A DNA stretch of 38,583 nt from Promethearchaeota archaeon. GTDB lineage: Archaea > Asgardarchaeota > Lokiarchaeia > Sigyniarchaeales > SOKP01. Shown one piece after another: positions 20,491 to 29,418 of the stretch (positions are counted from its first letter, which is position 1; every line of letters begins with the position of its first letter). Location of the stretch: the NCBI GenBank assembly GCA_013375475.1, contig JABXKD010000034.1:1-38583 (forward strand), read 5' to 3'. A model generated the notes under the pieces. That model saw nothing but the letters and a program-made list of their open reading frames with translations. It ran no database searches and was not told where the DNA came from. The position numbers were made by a program, and so were the translations under genes.

Positions 20491-21885
20491 GTGATTAATC
20501 TGAAAATTGCTTTTATAGGCGCGGGCTCTATAGCTTTCGGCGAGAATGTGCTCACTGATTTAATGACATTCCCTTCAGTTCAAAAAGATACCATAATTTG
20601 TCTTGAGGATCTTGATGAACACCGCGTAAATTTAATGTTTAAGCTAATGAGTAAATATAAGGAGACGCAACCTAAGAAATTGGAAGGTGTCTCTTTCGAA
20701 AAAACAACGGATTTGAAAAAAGCGATATCTGATGCGAAATATGTCATTAGTGCGATTCACGTAGGAGGTTTAGACGCGTATCAAGTAGATGTAGAAGTTC
20801 CTTTCAAGTATAGGGTTTCCCAATGTGTAGGAGATACTTTGGGTCCGGGAGGTATTTTCCGATTTTTGCGTAATGCTCCTGTATTAAAACAAATAGTTGA
20901 ATTAATAAATCAAGTAGGGTTTAATGCTGGAGCTAAAGAAGGAGGTCCCATTTTTCTTAACTACACAAATCCCATGGCAATGAATACATGGTACTGTAAT
21001 AGCATTAATCCCGATTCTACTGTTGGGCTCTGTCACGGAGTTCAAGGAACGAGTGGAATGTTAATGAATTGGATTGGAGCTAAATCAGAAAATTTTAGCT
21101 ATTTGTGTGCTGGAATTAACCATATGGCTTGGTTTCTCGAACTGTGGTATCGGGATTCAAATTCATCAAATGTTCCGTGGAAAAACGCTTACCCGCTTCT
21201 ATACGATGCATATAATAACAATCCCAACCTTATTGGCGGAGAATCTCTTAGATGGGACATGATGGAAGCAACGGGGTATTTTATGACTGAATCTACGGGG
21301 CACCTTAGCGAATATCTTCCTTATTATCGTAAAAGAAATGATTTATTAGAAAAATATAGTGGAGCAAAAACGGGATTCGATAGTTTACTACAAGCAGAAG
21401 ATTATCGTATTCAGATTAAAAATCTAGGACGGATGGAACGTCGATTTGAGCGAAGATTATCAAATATGAAGCTAACCCCAAAAAAAATACCTTCTCTTGA
21501 ATTCGTTTCTCACATAATCAATGCTATGGAAACTGACATTCCGTTTAGATTTAATGGTAATGTTATGAACAAAAATGGATCTTTAATTACTAATTTACCG
21601 AAAGAATGTTGCGTTGAAGTCCCTGCGTTCGCAGATTATCAAGGTTTACATCCCCAAGGTGGAATTGTACTACCTACAATTTGTCAAGCATTGTGCAATT
21701 CGAATGTAATGGTCCAGAAAGCAGCAGTAGAAGGACAACTAAATCTAGATAAAGAAAAAATATATCATGCAGTTTTGTTAGATCCTAATACAGCTAGCGT
21801 TTGCTCTCCTAAAGAAGTTCGAAATATGGTAGATGAGATGTTCGAAGCGGAAAAACGATGGTTACCTCAGTTTAAGGGACTATAA
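20491..21885 (+). CDS. melA: Glycoside hydrolase family 4, alpha-galactosidase (MelA-like)
   Basis: IGAGS NAD-binding start, GDTLGPGG, NYTNP, GLCHG, GINHMAW. Confidence 0.88.
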   Translation: MINLKIAFIGAGSIAFGENVLTDLMTFPSVQKDTIICLEDLDEHRVNLMFKLMSKYKETQPKKLEGVSFEKTTDLKKAISDAKYVISAIHVGGLDAYQVDVEVPFKYRVSQCVGDTLGPGGIFRFLRNAPVLKQIVELINQVGFNAGAKEGGPIFLNYTNPMAMNTWYCNSINPDSTVGLCHGVQGTSGMLMNWIGAKSENFSYLCAGINHMAWFLELWYRDSNSSNVPWKNAYPLLYDAYNNNPNLIGGESLRWDMMEATGYFMTESTGHLSEYLPYYRKRNDLLEKYSGAKTGFDSLLQAEDYRIQIKNLGRMERRFERRLSNMKLTPKKIPSLEFVSHIINAMETDIPFRFNGNVMNKNGSLITNLPKECCVEVPAFADYQGLHPQGGIVLPTICQALCNSNVMVQKAAVEGQLNLDKEKIYHAVLLDPNTASVCSPKEVRNMVDEMFEAEKRWLPQFKGL

Positions 21886-22123
21886 CTATTTCTTAAGAAT
21901 CGTATAAAAAGAATTATTTCCTTCAACAAATAAATTATAATAAATATTAAGATTTAAATTTAAAATTGTAAAGCAAATTTTTATATTATTACAAGCTCAT
22001 TTCTTAAATGGGTTGATTTAACACCATATATCTTTTTTTCTGGAGTAAATCTTTCGAATTGAAAGATTTATTTCAGTTTTTCTTTAAATCTGTGACATAA
22101 TTACATTTTTATGTTTAAATTTT

Positions 22124-22143
22124 AAAAAAAAAAAAAAAAAAAA
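22124..22143 (-). terminator. U20 tract, probable terminator of the histone gene
   Basis: 20 consecutive A on the + strand about 40 nt downstream of the histone stop; homopolymer length may be imprecise. Confidence 0.5.
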
Positions 22144-22182
22144 GAATGTGTTTTTAATTTAGGAACTACTTCAAAAATCTTT

Positions 22183-22392
22183 TTAGAAGTATTTAATTGC
22201 GAGTAGAATATCGTCGCGAGTTACCTTTTTCCTCTTCCCGTGTTTAGTGAGTGTAAGCGCAGATTTTGTGATTTTTACTGCGGAAGAGCTCATCCAATCA
22301 ACTAATTCGTCTACTGCGTCTCGAGCAACGATAATTGCACCGTTGTGTTTCATGAGTCGCCTAATTGGGGACCAGGAAATATATTCAGCCAT
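22183..22392 (-). CDS. Archaeal histone (HMf-like histone fold)
   Basis: 69 aa; PIRRLMK...V..DAV...HGKRKKV...DI; GGAGGA SD at 22400-22405. Confidence 0.93.
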   Translation of the reverse strand: MAEYISWSPIRRLMKHNGAIIVARDAVDELVDWMSSSAVKITKSALTLTKHGKRKKVTRDDILLAIKYF

Positions 22393-22478
22393 TTTTTATT
22401 CCTCCACTTATAGTTTATTTATTTTATTGAAATTAATTATAATTTAAGAGTTGGTTATATATGATATCATCTTCTACT

Positions 22479-22486
22479 TATTTAAA
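22479..22486 (-). promoter_or_regulatory. Candidate TATA box for the histone gene
   Basis: TTTAAATA on the minus strand with A-rich BRE-like bases upstream; AT-rich background lowers specificity. Confidence 0.35.
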
Positions 22487-22818
22487 GATTTTGATTCAAG
22501 CTTAATGTTCGAAAGAATTAAAAGAAAAAAATTTCACGACAAAAATCAAATCATACTAATCGATTCATTTCGTGCAACATAGATTTCTTTTGCCAATTCT
22601 CTAATTCCGTTAAGATTTGACCATTTAAAACATTTTAAGTTTAGATTCTCTAACGATTTTAAGTGATCAGTAAAAAGTTTAAAAGAAATTAAAAAAATAT
22701 TCAAAATGTGAAGCGCTGATATATGAAGTTTTTGGTCATATGAAACTTAAAAAATATAAATTTATTTCAAATAGAAACTGTTAAAAAGAAGAAATGATTG
22801 AATTATTAGCTATTTTTA

Positions 22819-23841
22819 CTAATTCCAGATGACTTGTTCATAGTTACACCTATTACATTCTATCGTTTTTCCTCTTACAGGAAAGTTAGGCAAAGTATTA
22901 CCACAATACTTACATTCTAATGAGTAAACTTGATCTTCTGAAGAAATATGACCGAGTTGTATCATTTCGTTTGTAAAGATGTTAACAAAGTTTGTTAGGA
23001 CAGAAATTATTAATTGAGGATTTGACGAGGCTGCTAACCACTCTATCTTACCAGCTACAATCTGCCCTATTACTAAGATATCATTTCCGGACACAAGATC
23101 TGTGCCACAGAACCAGCTAATTTTATTACTTTGATTTTTATGAATTAATTGGAAATTATTATCTTGGATAGATTTAACGATCTGATCAAAAAAATAATTC
23201 TCGTCAAAAATTCCGTCTATACCAATCCCAATACTTTTATTTGCTTTTTTTATCCATGGTTTTTCCAAAAATCTTTTGATTTCTGATTGAGGTATTATTT
23301 TTCTTTCAATGCTAAACGGATCTAATTCAATATTAATAGAATCAGTATCTATTGCCCTAATGAAGTCTGCATTGTTAACGAAAGTAATGAAAGATCTTAC
23401 CTTACCTTTTTTTTCTAAACTTAACGGACAGAGGTATAAGTTAATTTGTTTTTGGGAATTACCGTTTAAAAGTTCAAATTCCATTTTAACTTGGTTCTCT
23501 CCGATAACTTCACCATTACTCTCGTCCTCAGATTGAAGAGATTCTATGGTCAAAGTTGGGGGAGTGCTTCTACAGAGTTCGAAAAATTCGGGAATTATTA
23601 TTCTAATTTTAACTTCTGTTATCGGAGCAGTACTTTCGTTCATAATAAGCAAAGAATAAAGATAATTCCCGCCAAAAGGTACTAACTTATAGACTAAATG
23701 TATCTTATCTTCTTGATCGACATACTGTTGAGGTTCCGCTTCGGAATCTTTAGACTCTTTAGCGGATAGCTCTCTAAATAAGATTAGATCTTGCGTACCC
23801 TCCGCTTCCTCTGAGTATTCTGAGAACTTTTTCTTAGCCAT
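22819..23841 (-). CDS. Hypothetical protein: Ig-like beta-sandwich, alpha/beta platform-like domain and C-terminal zinc ribbon
   Basis: Alternating beta-strand pattern (YSLLIMNES.APITEVKIRI.IP), mixed alpha/beta second half, CKYCG...CNRC. Confidence 0.6.
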   Translation of the reverse strand: MAKKKFSEYSEEAEGTQDLILFRELSAKESKDSEAEPQQYVDQEDKIHLVYKLVPFGGNYLYSLLIMNESTAPITEVKIRIIIPEFFELCRSTPPTLTIESLQSEDESNGEVIGENQVKMEFELLNGNSQKQINLYLCPLSLEKKGKVRSFITFVNNADFIRAIDTDSINIELDPFSIERKIIPQSEIKRFLEKPWIKKANKSIGIGIDGIFDENYFFDQIVKSIQDNNFQLIHKNQSNKISWFCGTDLVSGNDILVIGQIVAGKIEWLAASSNPQLIISVLTNFVNIFTNEMIQLGHISSEDQVYSLECKYCGNTLPNFPVRGKTIECNRCNYEQVIWN

Positions 23842-23940
23842 GAATATTATTCGCCGATTAATCGATAAATTGATTAATATCGATTATATAGGAGAAATAA
23901 AACTATGTTAATATATAATTTTTTTTGAACTAATGTTTTT

Positions 23941-24663
23941 ATGAATGGTTTCCTAAGATCAATTAATACTATGAAAGAACTGAGTGAATTAGAACCATTA
24001 TTCGAAAGTCGTACTATAAAACCGACATTTGAATATGTTCATGTTTTATTATCATTATTCATATTTGGAGAGAATTCAGAAGGTATTGGGAGATATCGCC
24101 TTAAAGAAGAATTGCAAATTGGTTCGGGGACAGCAAAATCTTTATTTAAAAAATTAAAGGATGTTATTAAATTCATCATGGTTCCAAGCGAAGGAAAGGG
24201 AAGTAATACTGAGATTCAAAGAAGAGGCCATGTATTAACCGAAAAAGGTTATAAATTTTTAACAAAAATTAAAAAAAAAATTCCATTATTAGAGAAAGCA
24301 AACTTGAAATTTTTAAAAGAAATCATAATCGATCTAGAGAATGGTAATCCATATTTTTGTTTAGTTAAGAACGCTGCAAAAAATATTAAAGATGGAATTG
24401 AACAAAGAGATGCCGCAATAAAGATTAATGGTTCCGGAGCGACATGTCTTATCTATAATGGGAAAGAAATATATTTTCCAACAAAAGTAAATAACCTAAA
24501 TGAAAGAGAGAAAGTCAATCAAGATACTTTCGATTATTTTAAAACTCAGATTGATAACGCAAATGTGAAATTCGAACCTAACGATGTAATTATTATTGGT
24601 TCTGGAGATAATCCACAAAAATCACGATTGGCTACCTTAAACGCGGCTTTAACTTTATTATGA
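23941..24663 (+). CDS. DUF4443 domain protein with N-terminal winged HTH
   Basis: IGRYRLKEELQIGSGTAKSL HTH, GHVLTEKG, GIEQRDAAIK..GSGATCL. Start may be ATG at 23971. Confidence 0.8.
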   Translation: MNGFLRSINTMKELSELEPLFESRTIKPTFEYVHVLLSLFIFGENSEGIGRYRLKEELQIGSGTAKSLFKKLKDVIKFIMVPSEGKGSNTEIQRRGHVLTEKGYKFLTKIKKKIPLLEKANLKFLKEIIIDLENGNPYFCLVKNAAKNIKDGIEQRDAAIKINGSGATCLIYNGKEIYFPTKVNNLNEREKVNQDTFDYFKTQIDNANVKFEPNDVIIIGSGDNPQKSRLATLNAALTLL

Positions 24664-25163
24664 TTTTAGGAATTAGAGACAAAATGAGATTTGAAAATGA
24701 TATAGTTTTTGTAATAAGCGAGGATTTAATAAGTAATTTTGATAAATGTATTGAGAAAGTCCACCCAAACGAAGCTTGTGGTTTCATTTTTGGTAATATT
24801 CAAGAAATTAATGATAATGGTAATTTTAAATATAGATATTATAGTAAAATTTTTCAGTGCATCGAATCTAGTATGTCAGGTCCTGCGTCGTTTCTAATGA
24901 ATAATGATAAAGAAATATTAGAGTCTAATATCATATCTAAAAAAAAAGGTCAAAAACTATTAGCTATTTTTCACTCGCATCCTATGGGGGCACATCCAAG
25001 CAGTATTGATAAAAAATATATGAAATACTATCACAATTGTGGAATAAAGAAGTTTACACATTTAGTTTGGATCATAATTGATTCTAAAAATAAGCATATT
25101 AATGGATTTATTTACTTGGACAACAAAATAACTCAGATAAGCATAGAAGTAAGTAAAGATTAA
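24660..25163 (+). CDS. JAMM/MPN+ metalloprotease (Mov34/M67 family)
   Basis: PNEACG...FHSHP....PSSID complete JAMM motif; ATGA overlap with the upstream gene. Confidence 0.9.
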   Translation: MILGIRDKMRFENDIVFVISEDLISNFDKCIEKVHPNEACGFIFGNIQEINDNGNFKYRYYSKIFQCIESSMSGPASFLMNNDKEILESNIISKKKGQKLLAIFHSHPMGAHPSSIDKKYMKYYHNCGIKKFTHLVWIIIDSKNKHINGFIYLDNKITQISIEVSKD

Positions 25164-25236
25164 ATTTATTTTGCATAAATCTATTTTAAAGTGAGTAAGA
25201 TTAAGCCCAAAATTTTGCTCTATCTCGTTATGATAT

Positions 25237-25890
25237 TTATTGAACTTGATTATAACCCGACTTGTCAATGGTACAAATTTGAAGAGCAAATCCTGAAGCC
25301 GCGTCTCTTTCTCTAGAACTTGATATTGCTGTTTTTATTAAGTTGATTCCGGCAGATTTTGTCATATTTGGTTTCCAATCTGCTTCTAAAACACCAATAG
25401 AGAACGGAGAACCTGAACCAAAAGATATAAAATTCTCTTCTTCGTATAAAGTTCCAAGCAAATCAACCCCATAAAGGATTCCATCTTTCTTTTTAAGGGA
25501 ATATCCCCCAATAATCATCATGCAGAGAAAGTACGACCGTCCACTAAATAGGATATTTCTTGTCAAACTTGCGATATATTGAGGATCTGGTACCTTTTCC
25601 TGTTCTATTTGCTTCAAATTCGAGAGTGCTGTAAGTTGATTAACAACATATTGACAATCTGCCACCCCCCCAGAGATTGTAGCGCATGTATAGTCGTTAA
25701 TTTTGAATAGTTTTTGAGCGGTTTTAGTGGCGACAGTGTAACCCGCGGTAGCTTGGGATTCTGTACCAATTACGACAGCATCCTTGACAATTATACCTAC
25801 TGTAGTTGTACTTGATTTAATTATTCTATTTACAGTATCTTCGTCTAAGTTCAGCTTATTGGGATTATTTTCCATCATTCTCTTCAACAA
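25237..25890 (-). CDS. psmB: 20S proteasome beta subunit
   Basis: Propeptide then TTTVGI, Lys33-equivalent (QKL), SGGVAD, GSGS, RDAASG. Confidence 0.93.
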   Translation of the reverse strand: MLKRMMENNPNKLNLDEDTVNRIIKSSTTTVGIIVKDAVVIGTESQATAGYTVATKTAQKLFKINDYTCATISGGVADCQYVVNQLTALSNLKQIEQEKVPDPQYIASLTRNILFSGRSYFLCMMIIGGYSLKKKDGILYGVDLLGTLYEEENFISFGSGSPFSIGVLEADWKPNMTKSAGINLIKTAISSSRERDAASGFALQICTIDKSGYNQVQ

Positions 25891-26067
25891 CCAATAATTA
25901 TTCTACAATATTTATTCGATAATTTAATAATTATACTTAATAAATTAATGTTACCTATTTCTATTTTTCTTTTAGAAATTATAAACTTCGATTCTAAACA
26001 CAAAAATTTTAAAGAAATAGTATATTATCGTTTATATCATAGTCGACCCGATAAGTGTCTATTAATC

Positions 26068-26451
26068 ATGGCAAGAAGTCAAGCAAGGAGTAAAAGAAAA
26101 TACACGGGAAAAAAGTACAAACATTTCCATAAAAAAAGAAAAAGAGAATTGGAGAGACCTTCAATTGAGACTAAAGTAGGTGTTGAAAAGAAAAAGACAC
26201 AGAGAACTTTAGGAGGTAATTCTAAACTTAAGCTATTCTCCTCAACATTCATAAATGTTACAGACCTTACTACAAATAAGACTTCCAAGGTTAAAATTTT
26301 AAAATTCGAAAGCAATGCAGCTTCTAAAGATTTAAATAGGCGTCATATTCTTACAAAGGGTGCTATTGTTGAAACCGAATTGGGAAGAGCAAGAATCTCA
26401 AGTCGTCCAGGACAACACGGAATTCTAAATGGAATTCTAATAAGTGAATAA
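26068..26451 (+). CDS. rps8e: 30S ribosomal protein S8e
   Basis: MARSQARSKRKYTG...RKRELER, TKGAIVETELG, SRPGQHG. Start corrected to ATG 26068. Confidence 0.95.
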   Translation: MARSQARSKRKYTGKKYKHFHKKRKRELERPSIETKVGVEKKKTQRTLGGNSKLKLFSSTFINVTDLTTNKTSKVKILKFESNAASKDLNRRHILTKGAIVETELGRARISSRPGQHGILNGILISE

Positions 26452-26522
26452 TATTTATTTTCTTTATACACCCTGTTTAGAAACCTAATTTAAATATTCT
26501 TAGTTTTCTATTTAATTAGCTT

Positions 26523-27024
26523 TTAATCATTAGCTATTTTTTTTTGATAGTAGTAAAGCCCATCGAGTAGTTTATTTGGAGGATACTTTTTTAAATCTTC
26601 AATTCGAAGCCACCTGAGATTATTTTCCCATTCCTTCTTATCTCCAATTATAAGGTCTCTTGGATTAATATCATAATCTTCGTTGATTGTTTCAGAAGTC
26701 AGAAAAGTAACAGAAACATTATTCCATCCTAATAAAATCGCATACAAATAAGTATTAGGTTGAAAGTGGAATGGTGCCTCTTCATAAATTTCTCGCATAA
26801 ACGCTTCTTTTGGTTCTTTTCTTAAATCATCTAACTCAGGAGAACTTCTCTAAGAATAGAAGGTTTCCATCATAATCAGCATTGTTTTCTCGTAAGTGAT
26901 GTATCCAGTTACTTTTTCTTTTTAAATCTAGTTTGGGTGGCAAAATATATTCAGTAAAAAGTTTTTTACCCCATTTAATTCTTTCTAAGGGTAAACTTCC
27001 TTCCCAAACAACTTCTAAGTTCAT
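26523..27024 (-). pseudogene. Nudix-hydrolase-like gene split across two frames
   Basis: 62-aa ORF (27024-26836) ends in TCC TGA. The +1 frame continues ELDDLRKEPKEAFMREIYEE (Nudix box RExxEE) to 26523 but lacks the PGG start of the box. Confidence 0.6.
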
Positions 27025-27044
27025 ATATACCTTAAAACAACTGA

Positions 27045-27413
27045 TTATAATATTTTGATGTTTTTAATGTTTGCTTTCTTTCCTTCGATAATTTCCGTGT
27101 TTTTACTTTGGCAATGCTTGCATTGAAACAACTGTAATCCAGTTAAATGTGCTTCTTCGGTTAAAGTTACTGTCGAAGTTTTATTACATTCTCTACATTT
27201 TATTTTTCCCGGAGTTTTTTCTATTATTAGCTCCGCACCCTCAGCCATTGAACCGCTTGTAGCCATTTCAAAAGACTTCTTAAGAAGTTCCGGAACAATT
27301 AGAGTCAATTCGCCAATTTCGAGATAAACTTCAGTTATCTTTGTAGCTTTATTTTTTATAGCTGTTGCTTCGGCAACTTTGAATATATTGTAAGCAAATG
27401 AAAATTCGTGCAT
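27045..27413 (-). CDS. hypA: Hydrogenase maturation nickel metallochaperone HypA
   Basis: MHE N-terminus, IGEL, two CxxC motifs, IIEGK. Confidence 0.93.
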   Translation of the reverse strand: MHEFSFAYNIFKVAEATAIKNKATKITEVYLEIGELTLIVPELLKKSFEMATSGSMAEGAELIIEKTPGKIKCRECNKTSTVTLTEEAHLTGLQLFQCKHCQSKNTEIIEGKKANIKNIKIL

Positions 27414-27428
27414 GAAATTTGGTTAATT

Positions 27429-27719
27429 CTATGATTGTTTTTTTTTAATTTCTTTAGCAACTTCTAATAGAACCTTAGCTTTTTTCTTTCCTTGCGTATC
27501 AATTGATACTCTACCAGGATCGTCCCACCACGTTCTAGGATATTTGTAACCTTTTTCGTGGTGAGCAGTATACCCCAATCTCTTAGCAGCGTTTAAGATA
27601 TCGCCAGTAGTGACTTTGTCTATCGCATACTTTTTTGGGACACGCCTTCCATTTGATCTACTCCTCTTTGCATCAAAATATTGAGGCCAAAAAATAATGA
27701 ATGGTTTTCTGGAGCGCAT
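27429..27719 (-). CDS. srp19: Signal recognition particle protein SRP19
   Basis: IFWPQYFD..RSRS.GRRVPK, YPR.WW..PGRV. Confidence 0.95.
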   Translation of the reverse strand: MRSRKPFIIFWPQYFDAKRSRSNGRRVPKKYAIDKVTTGDILNAAKRLGYTAHHEKGYKYPRTWWDDPGRVSIDTQGKKKAKVLLEVAKEIKKKQS

Positions 27720-27905
27720 CTTTCAATCTAGGGTTGATTTAATTTAAGAAAATTATAAGAATAAAAAACCTCTAAAGAATTTAAAAATTATTGGTTTTTA
27801 TTATAAGATAATTAAAAATAAATAGAATTTATGATTTTAATTTATAAAAATCTAAATTGGCCCTTTTTTTTTTGTAATGCATAGGTTATGCATCCAATTT
27901 TAAAA

Positions 27906-28009
27906 GGGAGGGTGGTCTAGCTTGGTATGATACCGTAAAACGGTAAGTTTTACAGCTTAAGACTTGGCTGGGGGCCAAGTGGCCGGGGGTTCGAATCCCT
28001 CCCCTCCCA
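27906..28009 (+). tRNA. tRNA-Pro(GGG) with a 30-nt intron at non-canonical position 25/26 (27932-27961)
   Basis: Acceptor GGGAGGG/CCCTCCC, anticodon arm CTTGG-CTGGGGG-CCAAG, T arm GGGGG-TTCGAAT-CCCTC. Removing the intron gives a 74-nt cloverleaf; a BHB-like motif flanks the intron. Confidence 0.9.
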
Positions 28010-28158
28010 TCTTTAAATCTTAAAAATTGTGATTTTAGTTTATTACCTCAATTTTTAATATTAAAAATATTAATAGTTTAGTGTAAATAGGCTATAAATT
28101 TTTAAGGAGAAATAGTCTATTTTTAATTTAAAAATAAATTGAAATTAAGTGAGAAAAA

Positions 28159-28458
28159 ATGAGTGAAGTTCAAGAAACAGACCTATTAATGCGAATTATG
28201 GCAATTGCTGGTGGAATTATAACGTTAATCGAAGCAGTTTTAAAAGTTATGAGTGTTGAAATTGTAAGCTGGGGATGGGGATGGATAGGAGGTGCGGTTG
28301 CGTTTGGTTTAGCTATTTTAGCGATATTATTGGGGATTCGACCGATTCATTACACTCCAGTATTCCTGGGCATATTAGGCGTGGGAATCTTAATTTTCGG
28401 AGTATTAATTGGAGGTATCGTGGTCATTGTAGCTACTATTCTTGGAGCAATTACCTAA
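28159..28458 (+). CDS. Small hydrophobic multi-pass membrane protein
   Basis: 99 aa, nearly all hydrophobic/Gly-rich helices. Confidence 0.75.
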   Translation: MSEVQETDLLMRIMAIAGGIITLIEAVLKVMSVEIVSWGWGWIGGAVAFGLAILAILLGIRPIHYTPVFLGILGVGILIFGVLIGGIVVIVATILGAIT

Positions 28459-28539
28459 ATTTTTTTCTTTTTTATAATTACAGATCTATGTGAATACAAT
28501 TCCTATAAATCTATTATTTTTTTCTTAAAATTTTAACTT

Positions 28540-29412
28540 TCAGGTAGATTTTGCTAGAGCTAGAATAATTCCCCCAATTATTTCTGACGAGTCACCCACA
28601 CGAGAAGTATCTATTATATTATAACCGATATCCATGTAAATTGCCCCATACGCTTTACCACCGCCTAAATGAACCAAAGTGCGATAAATTAAATTTCCGG
28701 ATATCCCATTAGGAGCTAAAATTAAATTGGATTTGTTTTCTATTGCTTTTTCAATCAATATCTCTACATGCTCTATTTCTAAATCAGGTTTTTCTAACTT
28801 AAACCAATCTACTAATTCTTTAGCTTCCGTTATAGTTTTATCTATATCCGCATTTCTCCCAATATCTCCTAGCCTACCCCCACTTAAAACACTAATCTTA
28901 GGCTCAATGTTTAAAACAGTTAATTCTTTTAGTGCTTTCTTAATAAATACTTTCTTGCTGCTTAAATTGGTACACTCGTCAATTCCAACGGGTCCAAAAA
29001 AAAATTGGTGACCTAATTTTGTTTCTAATAAAGCTAAACGGTTTATTTCTGATATTTTTAGGGTTAAGTTAAGATTTTTCAAGAATTTACTTGATTTTAA
29101 GCTGCCTCTAACAGCACAAGATATGAGATTACGGCTTAAATAATGGAGTATCTCAGATGCCGGATCATCTGAATCAATTAAATTGATAAATTTCTTATTT
29201 TCTTTATATATAGGAAGCGTAGCGATTTTCTCTATTTGATGTCTATTTCCAAATAAAAAAAAGGAGGAATTGTTAAATTTTAATACTTTTAAAGTAGCAT
29301 TTAATATTTTGATGTTGTGTGTAGCCGAATCTCCTAATCCAATCCCAATTTTAGATAATGCACCTTCAGATTTCTTCTTAAAAGTGTCTAAAATTGTCAT
29401 AGAATTTCCCAA
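28540..29412 (-). CDS. mtxX: MtxX / methanogenesis marker protein 4 (phosphotransacetylase-like fold)
   Basis: VRGSL, RLALLE, PVGIDE, SGGRLGD.GR, GISGNLIYRTL..LG.G.AYGA, DTSR. Start may be ATG 29400. Confidence 0.85.
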   Translation of the reverse strand: MGNSMTILDTFKKKSEGALSKIGIGLGDSATHNIKILNATLKVLKFNNSSFFLFGNRHQIEKIATLPIYKENKKFINLIDSDDPASEILHYLSRNLISCAVRGSLKSSKFLKNLNLTLKISEINRLALLETKLGHQFFFGPVGIDECTNLSSKKVFIKKALKELTVLNIEPKISVLSGGRLGDIGRNADIDKTITEAKELVDWFKLEKPDLEIEHVEILIEKAIENKSNLILAPNGISGNLIYRTLVHLGGGKAYGAIYMDIGYNIIDTSRVGDSSEIIGGIILALAKST

Positions 29413-29418
29413 TTATAT

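Noticed and set aside
25948-26067. 40-aa N-terminal extension of S8e
   Set aside because: Homology begins at MARSQ (26068); the upstream part is AT-rich divergent promoter DNA
26836-26838. TGA readthrough or Sec in the Nudix ORF
   Set aside because: A second in-frame TGA follows three codons later; the Nudix box is in another frame
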